Of a stretch of 64,000 nt of DNA, positions 52,530 through 64,000 are shown piece by piece (position 1 is the stretch's first letter; every line of letters begins with the position of its first letter). Made by a program: the position numbers and the translations under genes. The notes below the pieces were generated by a model that made no database searches, was not told where the DNA came from, and saw only the letters and a list, made by a program, of their open reading frames with translations. The stretch spans positions 168,764,001 through 168,828,000 of the forward strand of contig OZ024741.1 of NCBI GenBank assembly GCA_964016885.1, given 5' to 3'. This DNA is from Eledone cirrhosa (lineage: Eukaryota).

Positions 52530-53455
52530 ATGCACCTGTTACTTTTCACTTCAATTTATTATAAATTTCCGGTTGTTAGTTCGATAACCGGATGGTTGTT
52601 TATATATTGTCAAAGCTCTTTCGTCACACATTCTGTGACTTCTTCAATGACTATGCTTTTATTTTGTGTCTCCTTTGTTCTATCCTACACCATCTTGTTC
52701 TTGTGTGTTGTGTGCTTAGTTTGCGCATGCATTACATCCGGGTGTGTGTCGTTTTTATTTATTTATTTATGTGTTTATTTACTTGTCATTAGTTGGTTGT
52801 TTGTTTTATCTGTGTGTGTCTGATTTATTTTGTTAGTTTGTTTTTGTGTGTGCCTGAATGTCTTCATTTTGTCCTTAATTACTAGTTGTGATGTTGCTAT
52901 CCCACTCATGTTTTCTGTTTAATTTTGGTTGGAATTCGTTTATGCGTGTCGCCTCTGTGATTTGTCTGTGTGTGGATATAATTTTTATCTCTATGTTCTC
53001 TAATGTGCCCCTCTGTTCTCTTTTGATATGTTGGTGGAGTACTGATGAGTTTTTCCCATCCTGGAGTTCTCGCCAGTATTCACTTATCTTTTCTCCTATG
53101 CTACGGGCTGTTTCACCTATGTATGTTATGTTCTTAATCCTACACTGTCCTAATTTTGCAGGTAGTTTGCGAGCTTAGCTTGAAGATTATGCATTTCCTA
53201 TCAGTGCAAGGTGTTCTTTGAAATGTGTATGTTTTACTAATTAGGATTTTTATAGGAATACCTGGTCATTCAACTAACTTAATATTTAATTTGAGCTTGT
53301 CTAGGGCTCTCTAAATCTGTAAACTAGTTCACCTCTAGGGGTTGTATTGACGAACATTACACTATGGTATTTATTGCTATCATACCATAAGTTTATTTTA
53401 TTTGCCTTATTCCTAATCCTTTCTATTCTGTTCCAAAATTTGCCAAAATAGAACA
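52530..53455 (-). mobile_element. Penelope-like 3' fragment (GIY-YIG) with hammerhead-like motif at 52609-52651
   Basis: WYDSNKYHSVMFVNTTPRGEL; TYIGETARSIGE..SSVLHQHI..RQITEATRI..LNRKHEW; GTCA TTGAAGA A GTCACA-GAATG-TGTGAC GAAA GAGC TT| TGAC. Confidence 0.7.
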
Positions 53456-53482
53456 TATATATATAAATACTAAATACATACA

Positions 53483-53579
<97 letters not shown>

Positions 53580-53650
53580 ATATATCAATATGTATACAAA
53601 CATATGTAGATATAAATACATGCATATACATACACACAGACATATTTGTA

Positions 53651-53727
<77 letters not shown>

Positions 53728-53841
53728 GTGTGTTTGTGTGTCTGCATGTGTGAGTGTATGTATACATACAGATACCTATATACATACTTACACGCATACA
53801 TACATAGATACATACATATATATACATATATATATATATAT

Positions 53842-53879
53842 AAAATTGCCTTTTTGCGTCCGGATAAGTTGGCATTACA

Positions 53880-53938
<59 letters not shown>

Positions 53939-53950
53939 TTGGCATTACAG

Positions 53951-53986
<36 letters not shown>

Positions 53987-53999
53987 AGTTCGCATTACA

Positions 54000-54040
<41 letters not shown>

Positions 54041-54091
54041 TTCGCATTACAGTATATATACATATATATATATATATAAGTTCGCATTACA

Positions 54092-54145
<54 letters not shown>

Positions 54146-54185
54146 TGTAATGCCAACTTATCCGGACGCAAAAAGGCAAATTTAT
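53842..54185. repeat. Minisatellite taagtt(g/c)gcattacag(TA)n x5 closed by an inverted copy
   Basis: ttgcctttttgcgtccggataagttggcattacag at the left and its reverse complement at the right. Confidence 0.85.
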
Positions 54186-55005
54186 ATATATATATATATG
54201 TATATATATATGTATGTATCTATGTAAATATATGTATATATATGTATGTATCTAGGCAAATTTCTTCAAGGTAGTTGTAGATTTATGCATTTATTTCCAT
54301 TCACTTCAATTGATTTATTCTGTAAATCTTAGATTAAATTGATGAATGTTTATTTAAGCTAATGATGAAATTTTACATACATATCTTTGTACTTGTATTT
54401 ACGAGCTCATGTATAAGCACACACATATATAATTAAAAATATGAATACACGCGACCAGGACGGACTATGAAAAGACACGGACATCAATTTTTGTCAGCTA
54501 ACTCCTTGAACTCACTATAATTTCTGTGCTCTAAAGTTATGATCATTCCATCCAGTGCACACGCGATTTCAACACGACAAAACAAGACAACAAAATACGT
54601 TAACATGACAGAATGTGTCTTCTCGGCTAAATACATAGATAAAGGGAAAAAGTTTATGAACGAACTAAAGTGCTTCTAACGGTAAACAAAAAGCGTTGAA
54701 ATGAAGTATAGTGTGTGCAAATTAGCCGAGAGGAAATAGAGAGTGAAAAAGAAAGAGGAAACATTAGACAGTAAAAATAAAAAAAAATAAAACAGAATGA
54801 GAAAAAAAAGACTTCAGGCATGAGTTCGAGAAAGTAGAATGAAGAAAAATGGAAAGACGGAAAAAAGGGGGTGAGGAAGAAAAAGAAAGGGAAAGGGGAA
54901 GAAAAAAAGACAAAAGGATCGCGGGTGGTATCTAGTTTATTTCTAGATAAAGTAAAAAAACGTTTGTGTTGGTTAAAACAACATTTGATATTGTACTTTA
55001 ATAAT

Positions 55006-55193
55006 TGTTTCTACTTTAGGCACAAGGCCAGCAATTACCCAGTGCATTACTGGTACTTTATTTTATCGACCCCGTAAGGATGAAAGGCAAAGTCAACCTC
55101 GGCGGGATTTGAACTCAGATCGTAAAGGGACGTAACTATGCTGGAAAGCATGGCGTCCGACCCTCTACCGATACTGCCAATCCACCACCGCCC
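55006..55193 (-). mobile_element. Full-length Meta-type tRNA SINE
   Basis: 15-bp TSD ttgtactttaataat (54991-55005, 55194-55208). Confidence 0.88.
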
Positions 55194-55448
55194 TTGTACT
55201 TTAATAATGCACATGAATTTGCAAAATGACAAAACCAGGCGTACATATATTGTATGTATATATATATACATATGTATATATATATATATATTTCTTTTCT
55301 CCTACGGTCACCTGATTTTGTTACCAGGGAATTATTTATCCACCTGCATTGTAGAGGCTTCCAAAACGTTTGTTTCATACATATATAAATATATATATAA
55401 ACAGAATTAACTCGAATATCGAGTTTTGAAGCGCGATTGTATTAGAAT

Positions 55449-55737
55449 TCGTAGGAAAATAAAAACCTCGGCGTAAGGAAGCTATTAAAACAACAAAATA
55501 CCGTCGAAACGGCGTTGGGTAAAACATTACCTCGAAGGACAGAAATCAATGGCTCGAAGTGAGTGGATTTGAAGAATTGATATGAAGGAAGAAATAGAAT
55601 GGGTGAGAAGAGATTACAAAAGAGAACATTCAAATGTGCTGATTTCTGTCCTTCGAGGTAATTTAAACAACACCGCTTCGATGGTATTTTGCTGTTTTAA
55701 CAGCTTCCTTACGCCGAGATTTTCCATTTTCCTACGA
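55449..55737. repeat. Fold-back element with ~100-bp diverged arms
   Basis: tcgtaggaaaat..ggacagaaatca / tgatttctgtcc..attttcctacga. Confidence 0.8.
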
Positions 55738-55844
55738 TATATATATATATATATAATGAAAAATTGAACAGGGACAGAACAGAGAGGCAGTATAATAAAT
55801 GTTTATTAAATTCACGCTCAGGAGAGTGGGGGGTAGGTGGGGGA

Positions 55845-55877
55845 CGACGTTTCGGGCATAAGCCCTTCTTCAGGTGA
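55845..55877 (-). ncRNA. Minimal hammerhead (Penelope pLTR type), weak stem I
   Basis: TCAC CTGAAGA A GGGC-TTAT-GCCC GAAA CG TC| GT. Confidence 0.55.
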
Positions 55878-55951
55878 GAAGTGTGTGGGAACAGAGTTCA
55901 AAAGGTGTGTAGGGGAGTGGTGGAGAGACATATAGCGAAAGGAAACGGTGC

Positions 55952-56852
<901 letters not shown>

Positions 56853-57142
56853 AAGAAAAAAAGATGAAATCGAAAATGCAACTGGAGTCTTATTTTTAAA
56901 AAAAATATATATTTATTTAGTTCCTTTACCGGCTTCGGTATATATTTTTTTAAAAATATGACTCCAGTTGCAATTTCAATTTCATCTTTTTTTCTTTATA
57001 CTTTCACTCGTGTAGGACACCTCGGTTATTTTTCATTTTGTAAAAAGAACACCTCACTTTCTAATATATATATGGGTGGGGGTGTATGAGTTCTTTAAAT
57101 ACACAATAAAACATTCAAGCATTAACTGAATTAGGACACAAA

Positions 57143-57177
<35 letters not shown>

Positions 57178-57189
57178 ATATATTAAACT

Positions 57190-57500
57190 TAAGTGAAAAT
57201 ATCATTTTGGTGGGGATACAAGCCGAATCGGCTAAAAGAAATGTCGGCTTTAACTTATACAATACTCCGATCATGATTTCTGGAATTCAAAATACAACAT
57301 CAGGAATTCCCAGACATTGGAATAACCAACATTGTAAGAATTTAAGTTCCTTCATCAGGAGGCGAATTCTTCTCATAAATAAGGGGACAAGTTGAAAGTA
57401 TATCATACATACTAATTCTTTAACGGTGTGGTGAACAAGGTGTTGTATCACTGAATTACTATATAGATATATTCCACCCAAGGGACAAGTTGTATATATA
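57190..57500 (-). pseudogene. Highly degraded Naiad-type GIY-YIG fragment
   Basis: TTCPLGGIYLYSN and downstream residual motifs. Confidence 0.4.
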
Positions 57501-58169
57501 TCAAACACCATGTCGTTAGTAGACCGTATGGTAAACAACGTGATGCAACGCTGAATTTCTGTATAAATATTAGGACAATACGACAGGCTTATATTGACGC
57601 TGGAAATAGCAGCCAAAACCGTCTTTATCAGCTCAACAATGATGGAGCAGTCAATATTAATTTATAATTTATAATAACTCTATAAAGTTAACTGTCTCTA
57701 ATACTAAAGCATCTCAATGACAGGATAAGATATATTAATAAATTATCCGCCCAGAGAAGTTTAATATGTTTTAATACTTCTCTCAGTGGCCCAAGGGTAT
57801 AGGATCGCCCAAAGCCTTATGCAGCGAGTTGAACTCAGCTTGGAAGCAAACTTTTAAACCACACAGCAATTAGCTGCACACACACAAGATATTAGAAGTT
57901 TCAGAAGATTCCGTAAAAGCGTGAAAGCTGCAATTCTTAGCTTAAACATTAATTTCTACAAATAATAAATATATAATCCTTATCGAACCCTCTTCGGGTT
58001 TTAGTCTTCATAATAGTGTGTGTGTGGGGGGGGGGGCGGTGTTGGAGCTCTGAAATAGCGATGTATATATGAATGTACGTATTGTATATTTAATAACATA
58101 CTGTATGCTTACTTAAAAACATTTTGAAGGCCTTTCGGTAGTGACTATGGTCAGATACCTTGAACGGAT

Positions 58170-58719
58170 TTAAGCCAAGACAATTTTAGAGCATCCGTTT
58201 TCATTGAATGGAAACGAGGCAAATCAACAACAAATATTATTGCACAATTGAAGGAGAGTGCAATTAACAACGTTCCAGCAAATTCAATTATTTATCATTG
58301 GGTGAAATAATTCAAAGAAGGCAGTAGGTCATCACTTATTGATGCTCCTCGTTCTGGCCATCCTTGCACAACCACTATTCATTCCAACGTTCAACTCATT
58401 CAAAGTATCATTGATGCAGAACCAAAACAGTCATTGCGTTGCATTGCACATGTTATTGGAATAAACAAAGAAATGGAATAAACAAAGAAAATTTGTTATC
58501 ACTTCATTAGAAGAGGATGGTGGAGGAATTGTTGCACTGATTTCAACAATTGTCGAAACAATGGTTCCAGAAAGAGTTAAATGCTTTGCATCAGCACTGT
58601 AAAGATGTTATTGCATTCAATGGAGATTATGTTTTGCAGAATTAATAAAATTTAGTTTCAATATGTTGTACATTTTCATTTAAAGGGTTATTCTAAGGAC
58701 TGTATTGCCACTCCAAGTA
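58170..58719 (+). mobile_element. Internally deleted mariner transposon
   Basis: NFRASVFIEWKRGKS..IYHWVK*FKEG..SLIDAPRSGHP (HTH) joined to C-terminal IAFNGDYV; ends in a TA run. Confidence 0.75.
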
Positions 58720-59205
58720 TATATATATATATATATATATATAGTTGCTTTTTATAAATGGAATGGCTGTACATTGTATAAATTGTGGTGAGGTGGGCTT
58801 TATTTTAATTACTAAATGGAATTACTGTCGTTGTGAAGAATCTGAGGAGGCAGACTGCATTCTAATTAATAAATTTGATTATAGGATTGTCTCCTAAATG
58901 TTTTCACTGTGCTAGAAGGTGAGGGGTGGGGTGATCAACATGGAAACTCCACAAAAACAGTGGGAACTCACTTTTTTCTCAAATTAGTGTCCTACTGTAA
59001 GTACAAAACCTCTAGGTGTGCAGCTATGCTGAGAAAATTAATGAAAGATACACTTTTGTGTCTTGAGGCTATTCTTGTTTTAAATAAACAATTAAGGTGC
59101 AAAATTAGCTGTGGTTCAGTTCACTTCTCAAAAATGCAGTTTTCAGTTTAGCCCATTCAGCAAGAGTACAAATATATATATCTATTTAAATACATATACA
59201 TGTGT

Positions 59206-59239
<34 letters not shown>

Positions 59240-59744
59240 CGAGGGAGTGTAACATGAAGTTGCTGTAGGTTTACCCAGGTGAGCACTCGATGTTTAGGTT
59301 CACGTCAGTGGTGAGGTGTAGACTTAGACAGAGTGTAATATAATAATATAATAATACGAAGACGATTTGTTAAGGCTTCATTACGTTTATTGATTGGTGA
59401 CGCGGGTTTCGCTATTGATCAGCTCAAGGTTCGATCTGTATCGATCTGGCCTGGCTCTGGAATCAAAAGCTCGTCGAACCTCTGCTGTTGTAATGACATA
59501 ATGAACATATACATCATATAAATGTCTAACGTTTCGCGTTCATATGGTGGTCAATTTATGTTGTTTTGATTGTTGGTTTAGCTATGAGGATTGTGGCATG
59601 TGTGATAGGTGGGGTGAGCATAGTGACGAAGTAGTGGTGGGGAGCGATGGTCGATATGAGTTGCGTGGTGTGGTGTTTTGGCTTGCCATAGACATGTCGG
59701 CGTGTACGTGTAAATGACAATCAAAGAGTGTTTAAAACATTTAA

Positions 59745-59793
59745 TCACTTACGATCGTTTCATCCTCGCACAAGTCCGGTGTCATCGGAGTAG
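59745..59793 (-). ncRNA. Hammerhead-like motif (U4C core, degenerate stem II)
   Basis: TACT CCGATGA ..GGAT GAAA CGATCG TA| AGTG. Confidence 0.5.
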
Positions 59794-60342
59794 ATAACAA
59801 AGGGCAAACACAAATATTATATCAAAATTTTGTCTCAAGAGCATTAGGAGGATACATAATATGGGAAGCAAGATAAGTATAAGTATCAACATTTATATAA
59901 GATAACAGAGGCAGAAGAATCATATGAAGAATAGGAGCATATAAATGCCATAAAAATTAGGAGCAGATAAAAGCATCAAAAATTAAAAATTAAAAAATTT
60001 TTTAAATATTGCAGAAAAATTATAAACACATGCTGCTACACAACATTTAAGTACAGTGGAAAGTAACTAAGAAAATTCATAAAGTTAATAAGAGAAGGCA
60101 TGCAATTCAAATATAAATTTTAAAAGGAATTAATGTTGAGTAAATAGAATCATCAAAGTAAAAAATCAAATATAGATTGAAGTGTTAACAAGACATCATC
60201 CAAAGGTACCACATAGTTGAATAGAGGAGACAAAGTCATATATCATTAAGCATACAATACATCCATTTTAGCTTGGAATTTTATTTTTTACTTTGATGAT
60301 TCTATTTAGTCAACATTAACTCCTAAAGTATATATATATATT

Positions 60343-60419
<77 letters not shown>

Positions 60420-60519
60420 GTGTGTGTGTGTGTATATATATATATTGGGTCAACAAGTATGAAATTTGTAGAAATTTCTAGAACAAAAACAAATTTCTAC
60501 AAATGTCATACTTGACGAC

Positions 60520-60594
<75 letters not shown>

Positions 60595-61439
60595 ATATAT
60601 GTGTATATATCTTTAGGTTTACATGCGCGTACATGTATCTTGTAAATTGTAAAAGTTATAAAAATGTTTATATATACGTATATATATATGTATGTAAAAG
60701 GTAAACAGAAATAACAACACAATCGGTACAGTATATGGAAGGCATATATTAGGTTAACGCTGATATATTCCTTCCATATACTGTACCGATTGTGTTGTTA
60801 TTTCTGTTTACCTTTTACACACATATATATATACGTATATATAAACATTTTTATATCTTTTACTATTTTTTAGAATTTTCTATAACTTTTTAAATATTGT
60901 TATACATTCCCTTCTAGGCCTTTTTTAAGTATAGGTGTGTTTGTGTGTATACATATATATTTATTTTCATATATGTAAGCTCCTGCATATGTGGATTTAG
61001 TGTGCATGAATGTGTAGATATGTTTGTGAGTATGTATGCATATTTATGTAATTGTATACATATTATATTCCATCAACCACTTTATCCTGCCAATCCCACC
61101 AATCTTTTCACTACCCCTCCCCATACACATTTTATATATATATATATATTCGAAAGGAAGGTTTTTTTTAATATATCCCACAAATATAGGAAAAAGAAGT
61201 TGAAAATGCAATTGGAGTCTATAAGAAAGTTTATTTACGATAATTTATATCTACTGATTTCACAAGTTTCATGATTTACAAAAGTTAAGAGAGATGGAGA
61301 GATGTGTGGCTATGCAGACTTGTAACTCCTATCTCACTGATGTTAAGAATTCTTCTGCATTTAATGACTACCGTGTTCCAAATCTAAATAGATAATCACG
61401 GTCCGATCATCGATCTAAGAAAGGCTTTTCAAGACCCTC

Positions 61440-63850
61440 AGATACATTCATCGTGTCTACACCTCACTGCTGATCCCTCAAGTATCTCATCAAAAGCAGA
61501 ACTGGATAAACTCATGGACAGCTTTAACATCTCAGTCATATGCATCCAAGAACATCGATTAAAATACACTCAGGATTCTCCAGATATCATTGCACACATC
61601 TTTGGTGGCAAAAACCATGTTCACATCTTCAGCTACCCCCAAACAACCAGGGGGCAGAAACTGTTGGCTTTGGAATTGTCATCAGATCTTCATTGTTACC
61701 ATTAGTTATCAGTTTAATATCGATGGTCCCATATGGTCCTTTCTAAAGTCAACGGTTGAGCTACTTTAATGGAAATCAAAGGGAAACCCAAATCCTATAT
61801 CATCTCATGCTATTCTCCTCATAGTATCCACCGAGTTACATAAATTGAAGAGCCTTACCATAATCTAAACTAATCAGTACAATGCATCCCTTCTCGTGCA
61901 ATGCTTGCATAAGGAGGTGACTTCAATGCGCAAATTACTGGTCATTTCTCATATCACATCCAGATAAATACAAATGGAAAGCATCTTAATGCTATCAATA
62001 TTTATCTAGGTATTGATAATATCTCTTTCCAAAACCTCGAAAGAAGTTGTGGAGATCCTCAAGATTCTCAAGAAAGGACTGAACTCAAATTGACTTTTGT
62101 CTCTATCACAAAAGATGGTATAATAACATCAAGGACTGCCAGGCTTTCAACACATCTCACACCGTTGGTGTTGATTATCGTATTGTATCAACAAAAATCA
62201 AACTGAGTGTCCGAAAGCAAAATTAAATGATGTACAATTAAAGATAATCCACCAATAACCAGAGATATTGACAATACAATTGTCTTTCACTTTGACAATC
62301 TCCCTAAATCCCAACAGTCTTACCAGGTCTTCGTGGAAACCTGCAACAGCGTTGGAAAAGAAAAGCTTCCCCTGAAACCAACTTCTACACCTACTACTGT
62401 CGATCACATTAAAGTTTCCAACACGTAAATCTGCTGTCAGATCAAACTTCAACAAACTAACTGCAGCTCAAATAAACTATCACCAAACATTTGACAGATG
62501 CGAAAAAGAGAGAATTAATGACATTTTAAGTTATTTGAAACTATCCCCGCGTGTGAGCACCAACGAGCATGAAAACTTGTGCCTGAACTTTCTTGGAAAA
62601 AGTCTAGTCACTTTCATCCAAGTTGAACACTTGGAAAGGGACCTGCCCTTGATGGACTTCCTATTGAGATCAAGAGGCTTTCGAGTGCCAGGAAATATCT
62701 TCTGAATTTTTGCAGTAATACTCTGCAGGGGAAGAGACCTTCAGAATGGGGTATATCAGTCATCATTCCCTTTCCTAAGAAGTACAACGTGACTATACCT
62801 GATAACCAAGGAATTTCTCTCCTAGGTTGCTGCAAAAATCTACAATCGTCTTTTATTGAATCGGTTGCGCCATGTCCTTAACTCTCTTCTCCGACCAAAT
62901 CAAATTGGCTTCTGTCAGTACAGGTCAACAAATTCACAAATCTTTTCCTGCGAAGTTTGATTGAAGAGATTTGAAATTACAAGAAAGAAGCTGTCTTCAA
63001 AGACTTTCGTAAGGCATTTGATTTCATCGATAGGAATGTTATGTTTAGGATCTTAAGTGTCTATGGTCTTCCGGATTTCATTGTTGAAGCCATGAAACGC
63101 ATGTATGTTGGTACTTCATCTTCAGTACTTACTCCTCTGGCTCTCTTTCTCTTCATTGTTACTCTAGATTATGCTCTGCCATTACACTGTCAGATGGAGT
63201 TACCTTCAAGGGACGTCGGAGCTCACACTATCCACCAAGGCTGCTTGCAGAACTTGCATTTCCAGATGATATCTGCCTTCTTGAAGACAACTTGTCAGCA
63301 ACCCTGAATATACTCCGCCGCTTTGAGAGAGCTACTCAAGAACTTGGTGTGTTCTTGAGCGCATCGAAAACCTAAACACTTCCATCACTCCTTTGTTCCT
63401 TTGTCTTCACTTGATGGATCCAAAATCGAAAAGGTTGAGGAGTTCAATTACTCAGGTGGCTACACTAACACTTCTTTTCATGTCTCAGAGAGAATCTATC
63501 CACTCTCTTCGTAAAGTCTGGACAGCACCAATCAACCGCTCCACCAAAATCAGGGTATTCAAAGCCCCTGTGGAAACCAATCCTTCCGTCCTTTTGACTC
63601 AGAATCATGGACCCTGACATTTGCACTGACAAAGAAGCTGGATCGTAACTACAGCCGTCTCTTGCGTACAGCTCTTAACATTACTTCGTAGTCGCACACA
63701 GCTAACAAGATCTTATATTGCAGAAGGTTTCAAATATCATCTAGCTCTTGCTGCACATGCAATGTGACACAGTGAAGCTCCTGGGAGAGTTTGGTTATGG
63801 TCCTCCGATGTCACTTGTAGACGCACACGCCCAAACCTGAGCCTCATTGA
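61440..63850 (+). mobile_element. Degraded RTE-clade LINE (APE endonuclease plus RT)
   Basis: ISVICIQEHR, SCYSP, GGDFNAQI, QIDFCL, GPALDGLP, NQIGF, DFRKAFDFIDR, FPDDICL across many frameshifts. Confidence 0.85.
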
Positions 63851-64000
63851 GAGTGCTCTAAAACTAGACATAACATATGTGTTATATCTACATTTACAGC
63901 TCTTTCTCTAAAGGTTGTCACAAAAATAACAATAATGTGCATTCTTAAAAGATAAATAGAAACACTTGACGTACCTCATGCTACATTACATTAATCTAAA

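Noticed and set aside
53042-53048. CTGATGA motif
   Set aside because: Antisense to GIY-YIG coding sequence, with no stem II or GAAA partner
53866-54100. CRISPR-like repeat-spacer pattern
   Set aside because: Spacers are plain TA runs of variable length; eukaryotic context; no cas genes

Overview
AT-rich, repeat-saturated animal DNA with no recognisable host exon. The SINE repertoire and huge (TA)n/(CA)n arrays point to a cephalopod, probably Octopus (inference). Nearly all long ORFs in the track are microsatellite translations. The real content is mobile DNA: Penelope-like elements of several types (a near-complete Neptune-type RT+GIY-YIG at 28031-30960; Naiad-type GIY-YIG ORFs at 24447-25238 and an ATG-less one at 47905-48807 between ~830-bp inverted repeats), RTE, Tx1/L1-like and CRE-like LINE remnants, a non-autonomous Gypsy element nested in a Helitron, a mariner relic and tRNA-derived SINEs. 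The main hidden signal is about 20 hammerhead ribozyme motifs found by eye. Some are minimal Penelope pLTR-type. Others are full type I hammerheads with long bulged stem I, inside non-coding 314-437-nt terminally redundant units that share a downstream sequence box and, in several copies, an upstream octamer/PSE-like/TATA cassette. These look like a multi-family system of non-LTR retrozymes (self-cleaving, circular-RNA-forming retroelements). Folds were derived manually; activity and novelty are untested.
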